A stretch of 64,000 nucleotides of DNA. Source: Macrostomum lignano. Its lineage: Eukaryota. A program made the position numbers and the translations under genes. This document shows, piece by piece, positions 12,033-23,400 of the stretch (positions within the stretch are counted from its first letter, which is position 1; each line of letters starts with the position of its first letter). The notes beneath the pieces are model-generated. The model was not told the origin of the DNA. It did no database searches and saw only the letters and a program-made list of their open reading frames with translations. The DNA lies in the NCBI GenBank assembly GCA_002269645.1, contig NIVC01000238.1, forward strand, positions 103,118 through 167,117, given 5' to 3'.

Positions 12033-14181
12033 TCAAAGGAAAACTACAAATTAACTACGACAGGATTCAAGTGATCAGCAAAAATGAATAATTCCGAACT
12101 TGTTTTCGAAATTTTATTCAAGGAAAAATACCATGCACCTTCGATGATAGCATCTGCTGTAGAGATGTCTGGTTTCCATCTTTTTATTTGCTTTAGTTCT
12201 CACAAGTTTGAAAGAGGTGGGCAATGATGATGTCATGAATGCTTCTCTCAATTCAAATAAGAAGCTACTCAAGATTTCAAATTGCCGTCAATAAAAAATG
12301 GCTGAGTTGAATTCCTTAAGCTGTTTTCTCCTATTCACTGCATTCCTGTCTCTTTTTTGCTAAAATAGAAGAAAATCGATTTATTCACTGATTGATGGAC
12401 ACTCAAATGTCACAAGTTTAGTACATTTAAACTCTTCCGCTTCAGTTGTTGACACACGCTTCAAGCAAAATGCACTGGTACAGCATTCCCCTTGCGCATG
12501 AGGTTGATTCCTTTTGTGTATAAAAAAGCCAATGCTTTATGAAGTAGCTATTTATGCTACTTTTAAATATTTCTAAACTCTGCAAGTTCAATCGCCTGTG
12601 CATCAGCGCCTAGCGCAAAACTGCAACCTCAATTTCGATTGGCACGCACATCACTACAGACTTTTGCTCTGAGATGACCAGACGGAGACTTGTCACATCA
12701 GGAATTTATGCTTATCCAGCTGTCGTTGGATGCCCTCGACGTTTGGTGCCGACTCACGGGTCGCTTGGTGTTTCGAGGCTTTCCAAATCGACCAGGAAAG
12801 TGTTTTGTCTCTGCGAAGACTTGATTCTACATGTAATTGCATGCTACAAGTATGGAAACAATGATAAAAATTACAGTCTTGGTGTAGGGTCGTGTTTGCC
12901 TGTTGGATATTTCACAGTTTTAGCTATAAAATTCCAAAAATAGATCTGTCTTCAAGGACTACGACCAGCATTACTCTGGTTGTTGTTCCGTGATTAACGT
13001 CTGCAGGAAATTAACATCCATAAACTAAAACATGATACCAGTCAACAGGAGAGTGACTAAAGCAATATTAAAGACACAGTCAATAGTTTCTACTCTTCAG
13101 TAGACGATTTCTATTCATCTTGCCTGAAAAGTTTAATATACTTAAATGGAATTTACACTACATATACAAATCTAGCCCACGAAATGGACAAATATATTTC
13201 TACATGGATAAGAAATAAAAAAATTACGAGAATTCTCATTCACAAACGCTCTCATACGAGTTATAAAGTCAGCTGGTCATTGATTCTAGCCAATACACTA
13301 CTGGACAAATCAAATTAAAGGGAGGCTACACTGCATTCAAACCGCTTTTCGCTGTCTTTTTTCTGACCGCTTTTTAGCAACATATTGATATCTCAACTTC
13401 GACATGACTCAACTAAACATAGAACAAATATTTCATTGTATTAAATCGAGAGCAGTTTTCAGACGAAATTCTGAAATAAAGACAGAATTTGAGAATTTGA
13501 AGTGGTCCGAGCTACAAGCGAGCCAGTACTGTGCCTTGGGGGTTGGTCCTGATTGATTTGAAACGCACGACAAACCACCGCCCGGCCAAGTTTCGTGCGC
13601 ACTTGCTCTGATTTGCTTCCTTTCCAGGAAATTTCCCTGCAGTAGTTTGCATAGTTCACATAACTTCACATAAAAACATTAGCTTGATAAAAATGTGAAT
13701 CGATCTACTGATTCGACAGCCGGCCTAACTATCAGATTTTAAAAAATTAACCACGCAATACTTTGCCTTCCCAATTACTAATATTCCATCTCTACCAGAA
13801 GTACCAATGCGTGGCATCGTTTGAGCCCGTTTACCATCCTGCCATAAAAATATCAAGAAAAGCAGGCATTAAGAACTGCCGATTAAATACAAGAAATTGA
13901 TTCAAATAGAACATACAAGAGATTTTGGTACTCTAACGGAAAGTCCGCAAACCTTAGCCAATCGTAGAACTTTTGCTCGGTAAAACGCCAATCAAAAAGC
14001 TAAAATGGTACTGAGGTTTTTCGCTTAAAGCATAATGTGGACATATTTTTCTTCAATTCCATCGACACACAAGAAGCAGCCGACACATTAAACAAACGTT
14101 AATTAAATTAAAAATCTAATTAGCTATTCTAAAAACTCCGCCTCCATTCATACCGAAAGTTCAATCCTTACATCTCAGAAG

Positions 14182-15504
14182 ATGCACCTGCCACATCACA
14201 GAATGCTGTCTGTGGCCTCTTGCCTGCTCAGCCTGCTGTCCGTCGCGTCCGGAGTCTGCGTCCGCTTCCGCGTCGTCTCGGGTTGCCCCGGAAACCTGAC
14301 CGACCTGTTTCGGGTTAACGGAGTTCGAGACCCTCGCGTCTGCTCTGTGGAGTGCGCAGTGCGACCCAACTGCACCGCCGTGTTCAAGCGAGACGGCACT
14401 TGCTATCTGGCCACTGCCGCTCAGTATGAGGCGCTGTGGAGACCACTGGACTGCGTCAGCGAGGTCAGTCGGTCTATCTTGCTTTGTGATTAAAAATTGT
14501 TTTTGGGTGATTTGAGGCAAATGGGGCAACATAAAAATCAAAACTGCAGACTGAGCGAATGCAAAAATTATTGGATTAAAATTTCCTAGAACAACTTGTA
14601 TAAAGCAATGTCTATTAAACAAAGATAAAACTCGATACGCTTCAAGCCAATGCCGCTCTTTTTTTAGGTCGTTGAGGGTCGGCTTCTATCCACCACTACT
14701 GAGGGAAAAAGTGCTGAGACTGACTCTGTCTCCACCACTGCTCCAGCCTCAAGCACCGCCACTGCTCCAGCCTCAACCACCGCCACTGCTCCAGCCTCAA
14801 CCACTGCCACTGCTCCAGCCTCAACCACTGCCACTGCTCCAGCCTCAACCACTGCCACTGCTCCAGCCTCAACCACTGCCACTGCTCCAGCCTCAAGCAC
14901 CGCCACTGCTCCAGCCTCAACCACCGCCACTGCTCCAGCCTCAACCACCGCCACTGCTCCAGCCTCAACCACTGCCACTGCTCCAGCCTCAACCACTGCC
15001 ACTGCTCCAGCCTCAACCACTGCCACTGCTCCAGCCTCAACCACTGCCACTGCTCCAGCCTCAACAACTGCTCCAGCCTCAACCACCGCCACTGCTCCAG
15101 CCTCAACCACTGCTCCCGTCTCATCCACTGCGCCAGCCTCAACCACTGCTCCAGCCTCAACCACTGCTCCAGCCTTAATCACCGCCACTGCTTCAGCCCC
15201 AACCACTGCTCCAGCCTCAAGCACTGCTTCAGCCTCAACAACGGATCCAGCCCCAACCACTGCTCCAGCCTCAACCACTGCTCCAGCCTCAACCACTGCT
15301 CCAGTCTCATACACTGCTCCAGTCTCAACCACTGCTTCAGCAAGCAGCACTGCGTGCGCATCAGCAGATCAATACTGCGGGATCGAAGGCGAATACCAGC
15401 AGCATTGCAGCAGTGATGTTCATTATATGCAATGCTCCAACTTTAAGTACATTCAGAGGCAGTGCTCTCCCGGTACAAGCTGGTCCGCTGGCACATGCCC
15501 TTGA
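14182..15504 (+). CDS. PAN/apple-mucin-ChtBD2-like gene copy 4, intact (exons 14182-14463, 14668-15504; about 372 aa)
   Basis: 204-nt phase-0 intron; exon 2 VVEGRLLS...(TATAPAST)n...CASADQYCGIEGEYQQHCSSDVHYMQCSNFKYIQRQCSPGTSWSAGTCP*. Confidence 0.85.
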
Positions 15505-17358
15505 CTTTCGTCGCAGACAATAAGGTTCTATGTTCGGTTGATTAGACTTTTGTTATCCGTTTTCCATTGGGTCAGTTGCATTGGGAGAATTTAATATACA
15601 GTCACCGTCGACTCAATTTCATGACTGCATAGATTGTTTAAAACGGTCAGAAATATTAAATATATGCTCGACGTAGTAGCCATGGGAAGTCGAGTTGGTG
15701 TCGTTATATCGCATTGTTCAAAAATATGGCAACCCAATTCAATGTTGGCGAATTCGAACAACTTTTTTGACGGCTAAACAAAGTTGCTGGTAAATGAGAA
15801 CTTCTGCATTTCGCTGAACCTTGAGCCGCTGTATAACGTCGTTATCTGTCGGCATTTGTAAAAATACCCATTTGCCAGCGACGAGCCGGCGGACGTCAAT
15901 TACGTCAAAATGTTGCTCGAAGGAGTGAAAAATGAAAAATTACCGACCAACCTGACACAGCTTTTATGCGGAACAGAATTCTTTGGGAATTTTTGTTGGA
16001 AAATTAAAAAACTCTTATGGAGGCCATCAAAATATTTTCGCGTGAACTGGGAAATTCATTGATGCAGGAAGCTTTCAGTGAAAAAAGTGGTAAAAATGTT
16101 TCAACACTTGCCATGGCAGCAGCTTTGCTTCACTAGCTGTTGTAGTTCCCGATTGCCAAATTTCAGCTGAGGCTTCAGGCGTTCTGATTTTTCAGCCTAT
16201 TGTTTCAGTTCGCTGCAGTTTGAAGGATTTCAGTGGGAGTTTTCAGCAGCATCCACGCAAACTGTCAAGTTGAATGTGTTTTCTACAATAGCATAGAACA
16301 ATACAATAAATCAATCGGATGTCAATATGGTGACAACCCAATCGTGACAAGCAGCGATAATTCTACTTCTGCACACTTGTGTGTGTGTCTGTCCATATGA
16401 CTAGGTACAATTCCACGCGCTTGTCTGCCTGCGCAGGGGAGTCGGCGGAATGGGAAAATGCAAGCACCCTGCTTCTAATAAAAAGCGGCCATCGATCAGA
16501 GAGATTTTTTCGTTGGCAAAGCGATTTACTTCATAGAGCACTTCATAGCTTGTTTGATTACTACCAAGAAGATATATAGTTCGTCTTTTCTGCATTGGTA
16601 AACATTTCTGCAGAGCGTCGCTTTTGTGAAATGAAATCACACTACTGCCATAAGCATGCAGACTTTGCAGCGCTTAACTCGAACCTGACACGCAGCCTAT
16701 TCAAGAAATTTTATTCTTTTCTTTGTTGCCTCCCAAGCAGATTGCTAGTTTAAAACTAAAAACTGAAAACTTTCTATCTTACTAATGCAAGGTCGGCCAA
16801 CTCCGAGCTGCAAAGCTTCTCTATATCCGGCCACGACTCTTTGAAATTTCACAATAGCAATCCGGCCCGGTTCTCTGTCTTCTTTTCTTTGTTTTCCTAT
16901 TTCCTCTTCTGCTTCTTCTGTTTCTGTTGTCGGGGATCCACAGTGAGAAATATGAGCTAAATGCTATTCACCATGCTGTTTGAAGATGTCCCAGGCTACA
17001 TCGAGAGTTTTACTTGGATCTTAGTGACAGAACGGGGCGATATTTGGTTGAAAGTACATTCACGGATCTAAGGACGCTCTAGCTGGGACCAATTTGACCC
17101 TATCTGATATCAGATGCATGTACTTTTGAAGCTGACTTGTGTATGCATTTCTGCTGAAATGAAATCTACAGAGCACGACTCTCCGAAACTGAAATCTCCG
17201 GAACTGAAAGCATAAAGCCAAAAATCATACATCCATGCTACCAGGGAGGCACGGCTTTCAGAGCACGGAAGATAAGCATTGCTTGTTCGGATTAAACTCA
17301 CTTATTAGATGATGCTCGAGTAGTGGCCGTTTCTGACGTTTTTGTTATCCACAAAGTA

Positions 17359-17559
17359 CTCATACTGAGCGGCCGTGGCCAGATAGCAAGTGCCGTCTCG
17401 CTTGAACACGGCGGTGCAGTTGGGTCACACTGCGCACTCCACCGAGCAGGCGCGAGGGTCTCGAACCCCGTTGACCTGCGACAGGCCGGTCACGTTTCCG
17501 GGGCAACCGGAGCCGACGCAGAGTCGGTAGGAGACGCTGGCCTGCGACGATGGCTTCAT
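17359..17559 (-). pseudogene. PAN exon pseudogene copy 5 (inverted)
   Basis: MKPSSQASVSYRLCVGSGCPGNVTGLSQVNGVRDPRACSVECAV*PNC...; hydrophobic signal core lost, CGA>TGA stop, 3' truncated after AAQYE. Confidence 0.8.
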
Positions 17560-17645
17560 GCCAGTACAAGTAGTTAAGCAATTTTTTGATACTTAACGTT
17601 ATTGAACGGAAAAACGTATTATGAATTATTTTCTTCCGAAAGGTA

Positions 17646-18844
17646 TGTGATAAATAGGCAATTAGATAATAGCATGCACGGTGAGCAATTATTTAGGCCC
17701 TAGACAAACCTATTGGAGCGTTCGGAGATTTTAAAGCTATTAATCCTAATCGCCTATCGCCGGTCGGCGAGTCCTACCAGTCTTTCTCCAATAGCCGCAG
17801 GTACAGTACAAGAAAATAAAGAACACGAGGAAACACAAAACGAAAGATTTAGAGAGTGATAATCCTATTTCAGAATAACTAACTTGATTGACGGTTTAAT
17901 TTGATTAGCTGAGTTACAAGATTCAACAAGATTCAATTACAAGATGCAATTCGCGGCGCAGATAAATTGACACAGATGATAATAACGATTAATAACTAAT
18001 AAATTAATTACGCAACTGGCAAGCGGATCTCAGCTGAAGAAGAAGGAGGCACCGAACACAGGACCACGGAGAAAGACTCCTAACCCCTGGCCTAAGCCAG
18101 AACCTACTCTCAAACGAGAGCCCTGCCGAACCGACCGTTCAACGGAGTACCGACTAAATTCTATCGGCACTGCCCTTCAGTGTAACACTGAGGCCCTCGG
18201 GGTCGAGGCCGCGTACTTGATCAGATCCGACAGTCTCTATCTAACCGCGCTTGATAGCGACGACTTCAGACAGAAATTTGCCGTAGACGTTACGCCACAA
18301 GACTACTGCGGTTGGGCGGGAACAAAGATATGGACCGGGGGTGATGAAATCAAAACGCCTCAAAGCGCGAACCAACAAGGGGAGGAAAAGTCGGGCCACC
18401 GGCCGGGAACTGGACAAGACAAAACCGGGGAAAAGGAGAGAGACGAGATCCGATTGCCAAAACACACCTTCATATATAGTCAGAGTCACAACCCCTCAAA
18501 ACCCCCTCAAGCCGGGTGGTGGTCGTCTGGCCGGCCGCTCGCTTAAGCCGAATTGCACTGTGCCCGCGGCGCCGGGTAGAATTGAACTTGCCGCGTGCCA
18601 GGGTCCAGGCCGGTTCTGATTGGCTGACCGCGCAAAGCTAGGGTTCGCATACAAACTCAACCCTCCGCTGAGTCACAGATGGCGTCTAACTCTAACCTGT
18701 TTACGCAAAATTGATTCCAACTAACAAGGAAAAAGTACACCAAAAACGTATGACTAAACTAAAGCAAAATAACAATTCAATAACAATATAGAAACTAATG
18801 CAGTCAATTTACAACAAAATACACGCAAAGATGCTCACACTACA
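17646..18844 (-). repeat. 3' LTR (1199 bp)
   Basis: TGTGATAAATAGG...ATGCTCACACTACA; about 4 differences seen versus the other LTR (3 single-base indels, 1 substitution). Confidence 0.97.
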
Positions 18845-18860
18845 CTCCCCCCTCCTAAAA
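18845..18860 (-). promoter_or_regulatory. Polypurine tract
   Basis: TTTTAGGAGGGGGGAG abutting the 3' LTR on the element sense strand. Confidence 0.9.
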
Positions 18861-19525
18861 GAAATAGAGTACAAAGGAAGAAAAATTTGAAAATTCGAAA
18901 TACGCGTAACATACTACTTCCAGTAAGCAAATGAGTACTATATAATGAATTTCGCGTTTACGGGAACCAAAATTCGCAAAACAAGCAATGTTACAACGAG
19001 AATAACTATAGCAATCAGGGGAATAACGCAATGAACACAATACAATTCTTTGACACGGCAAAACGCAATCAAATACATAAGCAAAGTTACTATGCAATAC
19101 GCGGCACGACAAAACACAACACAAGCAAATCAATAAATAAATCGAAACAAATCGCGACAGAACGCAACGTTTACGCAAACTATGGCACGACTTTCTACAA
19201 TCGAAAACTTAAAGCAAAACGCATGCTACCCATCACCAAGAACAAATAACGCGTTGACGCATTTTACAAAAATTAATTAAATTACTCCTTCTCGACGTGC
19301 TACGATGAACCTTATCGGCTGGCAAAATTTTATTACTCGCTGATTTAACTATCCGCACCTCCCCCCTCCTAAAAAAGGTAGGGTGGACGCTCCGACCCTC
19401 ACTGTCTCCACAGCGGAATTCTTATCGCAATATACCACGACGCTTATCTCTATCGGGTGCCTCGACGATAATTAACTCACGCCCACGCTCCCGTGGCGGA
19501 CTAACACTCAGCGCGCGAAGACTAT

Positions 19526-19914
19526 CGCCCATTGGCTGCATTTTACGGTCTTGCCCAGGACCAATCCCCGTGGCGAAATTCACCGCCCAATGGCTGCAGT
19601 TTTCTGTCGTGCCCAGGACAAAACTATAAATTCACCCGACCGGGCTCCTTTCTTTCGCACTTCAGTCGTCTTGTGGTTGCTTCTTTTGGTAATTGAACTC
19701 TTCCAACGGCTGCAGTTTAACGTCATGCCCATGACGTCGCTTTTCTATCTTTCTCTGACTTCTTTCGTCTCGTGGTTGCAGTTTAACGTCGTGCCAGGAC
19801 GTCTTTTTTGTCGATTTCTGTCCTAGCGGTTGCAGTTTAACGTCTTGCCCAGGACGCTTGCTTAGTTAGTTTCTCTCCTAGCGGTTGCAGTTTAACGTCT
19901 TACCCAGGACGCTT
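19526..19914. repeat. Six dispersed copies of a ~30-nt motif GGYTGCAGTTTAA-NGTCKT-GCCC-AGGACN in the element 3' non-coding region
   Basis: Hairpin cores at 19547-19562, 19605-19620, 19721-19736, 19787-19801, 19841-19856, 19896-19911. Confidence 0.85.
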
Positions 19915-20494
19915 CAGACATTTCTAGCTGCAACATGTGACATGTCGATCAGCTGTAAGTTAGACTTATTTTTGCGTCAAGCAGTTTCTGACTCAAGCAA
20001 TTTAAATAATATTTTTGTGTTGTTTTTATGATGCTTTTACAATTTTTATGTTTTTATCGAATATTCACGCATGTCAGTTCTACTGCAAGACTGTTTTTGA
20101 ATAATTTTAATAATAATATTTATTCCTTAATAATTTTATCGCATAATAATATTACCGATGGAACCGCAGACGACTTCAATCTGGGCCCTTTTCGATTTCA
20201 ATTTCTGCTAGCAACTTCAATTGTTTATCTCTTCTATGGTCGTCTATGGTATTTCTCTTTCGTTAGCGTCCTGGAATCTACCAGGTGTGGCAGCTCGAGC
20301 AGTTAGTCTTCAACTCCTGCAACTGCAGTGTCAACATCAGCACTTGCAAGTCTTTATTATTTTTTTCTATTGACTATTTTTCTCCGGTTCCATTTTCGTT
20401 CAACAAATTTCTCGCGTATGTCTCGACAAGTTACTATTAGTAATACAATTGAAATTTTCGTCCCGACAGTGCCTTTCGTTTCTATAGACTCCAT

Positions 20495-23400
20495 TCAATG
20501 ATAACCGTATCGTTCCGGGGGTCTAATCGCCGCGCGGTTCCGCAGCCGCGGTATCCAGCTAACATTATTCATGCCTGCCCGCTGCGGGGGCGTACTGTGC
20601 ACTGGGCTCAGATGCATTAAATTCGGTGGAGTGCGCACAGGAATCTGCCTGGCCTGAGACCCCGCAGGACTCGCCTGCGCCTGCTGGTTTGCATTGGCCG
20701 CTGTCTGAGTATTTTCGACTGCTCTATTCATATTACTTTCAGTAGCTTCGTGAGCTCTCTCACGTTGCAAAAATCTAATTCTCTCTGGCCTCTGAATCTC
20801 CACTTGGACTCGTTCTGACTCCTCCGAGCCGTCATCACTAGCACTTCCAGCTTCCTCTTCTCGATATTGACGCAACTTTTCTTCTGACAAGTAGCAGGGC
20901 TTTGTTCTGTCTACTGTCACTACGTCATGAATTCTGACGGGTTGCTCTATTCGGTCAACCTTTGGACCGGGTTCAATTTTTAAATTTTTTCCATTATTTC
21001 TTACTTCAAGCACTCGATACGGACCTACCCATTTCCTATTCGTATCATAACAATTCTGCGTATTCGCTATCCAGACCAGGTCACCTGGCTGATAATACTG
21101 CTGGAATACTTTCGTGTCATAATTCGATTTCTGCCGCCTGACTGATATTTGCTGCTTTTCTCTGGCGATTCTATACGATTCCATGCACTTCTTATACAGA
21201 TCATGTAAATGTTTATCACGGGTCTTGCGCTCCGGTGCAGGCAATCCGAGCTCAGCATCAACCGGTAGCCGCATCTTTCGACCATAGACTAATTCGAACG
21301 GGCTAAACTTATTGCTTTCACTGACCGTGCTTCGCTGAACCATCAAAGCGTGCGGAAGCACCTCATCCCATGCCAAACTGAGTTCACTCTGAGCTAATCT
21401 GATTCCATCTTTCACTACTCTGACCATGCGCTCGCAGCGACCGTTTGCCTGCGGATGGTAGCTAGTAGTATGGCGCAAATCTATTCGGAAATTTTCGGTT
21501 AACGATTTCACTAATTCTGCAGTAAACGATGTACCTCTGTCTGATATGAATGCTTCAGGGGCACCATGCCGAGTGATCCACTCTGTGTACAGGGCCCAAG
21601 CTGTACTTTCAGCTGTACAATCTCTCAGCGCTTTTACCTCTAGCCAGCCCGTAAAGTGATCAACCATCAGCAGGAGGTACTTGTTCCCCCGTGCTGTGGC
21701 GTTGAACGGACCGGCGAAATCTATATGTACTTTCTCGCCCATGTAACTGCTGACTTTGGTTCTAAGGGCGCTCGTGGCTTCGGCCCGTATTTCTTTCTTG
21801 TCTGGCACTCAGTACAAGTCTTAATATATCTATCTAAGTTCGTTGAATAGTTTGGCCACCAAAATCTCTGTCGAATCAAATCTTTTGTCTTTGAAATACC
21901 GCCGTGGGCCATTTGATCGTGGTAAGCTCGAAACAACTGCTGCTCCAGGGCTTGGTTTTCCGGCAGTACAGTCTGCTCAAATTTTCGGCCTTCGGAATCT
22001 ATCCAATTCCTGTAAATTATGTCATTTTTCACTAATAGCTGCTCATAATCGCTAAATAAAGACTTATAACTGCGGCTCATTCCAACCCATTCATTCTTGG
22101 GCGGACAGGGCTCTCCCTGTCTGAGCTTTTGCTTGAGCAGCAGCAACTCTGGCTGGCTCTCCTGCAGTTCTACAATTCCCGCTGGCGTATCGATATTAAT
22201 TGCACCGCAGTGGACTGTTGCTGTCTTCGTCGCACTGCAAGTGGGGCATTCCTCATGGTAGCGTTTCGGGGGACCATCCCGCTGAGGTCTGCGACTCAGG
22301 GCGTCTGCGTTACCATGGGCGATCCCTTGGCGGTACTGAATTGCAAAGTCATATTCTTCCATTCTCGAAATAACTTCAAATTGATCAAACTGCTCAAGAA
22401 TCATGTTCCATCTTCCTAACATGCCTTTTGCACCGTGGCACTTGCGTAGCCATTGGAGGGCCGCGTGGTCTGTCCTGACCTTGAAACGACGGCCGACCAG
22501 ATAAGGCCGGTAATGTTCTAAGAAATATATCAGCGCAAACATTTCCTTCATCGTAGTGCAGTAATTCAACTGATGCTCATTTAACGGATGCGAAGCATAG
22601 GCTATTACTTTTTCTTCCCCATCTTGCTCTTGTAATAAATTTCCACCTATAGCTACGTCACAGGCGTCGACATCGAGGATGAACGGTCCCGCGTCGCTAT
22701 CGAACCTGGGGTAGCTCAGTACAGGTGCGCTTACTAACTTCTGCTTTAAAAGATCGAATGCCTTCTGGCAACTGTCATCCCACTTATACTTGACATCTTT
22801 TCTAGTTAAATTATTCAAGGGCTCACTTATTCGCGCAAAGTCTTTAATAAATCTGCGATAGTAGCCGGCTAAGCCTAAGAATCCGCGCAGCTCAGAGATA
22901 TTCTCTGGCCGGGGCCATGTTTGGACTTTTTCTATCTTATCTTTGCTGGTATAGATACCGTGCTGGCAGACGGTGTGCCCTAGGAAGGTGACTTCTTTCC
23001 GAAACAGAAAGGTCTTCTCTGGCTTGATTTTCATTCCAGCATCTGCTAATCGAGAGAAAATTAATTCTAAATTTACTAGCATTTCTTCGAAATTCTTGCC
23101 TGTGCAAATTACATCATCTAGGTAGAGTAAGGCAAACTTATAAGCGTAATCGCCTAAGATCTTCTGCATTATGCGCTGAAAGCAAGCGGGTCCATTCGTG
23201 ACTCCGAAAGGCAAAACTTTCCACTGGAACAGGCCATCATGGGTTCGAAACGCTAATTTCTCGCGGTCAGTCTCTCTGACCTTCACTGACCAATAAGCGC
23301 CGACCATGTCTAGGGTGCTAAAGTACATGTTGCCTGCCAGGGATTCCAGCGATTCTTGAATTAGCGGTAACGGAAAACTGTCCTTCTTAGTCTTATTATT

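Noticed and set aside
18217-18619. ORFs inside the LTRs (also 27550-27994)
   Set aside because: Short overlapping frames on both strands, no recognisable domain, altered by an indel between the two LTRs.
19526-19914. Repeat-spacer pattern resembling a CRISPR array
   Set aside because: Eukaryotic retroelement context, no cas genes, degenerate repeats, irregular low-complexity spacers; kept as a hairpin array instead.
18845-20494. Possible env gene in the 1.65-kb 3' region
   Set aside because: Only short ORFs (up to 107 aa) without signal/TM/furin layout.
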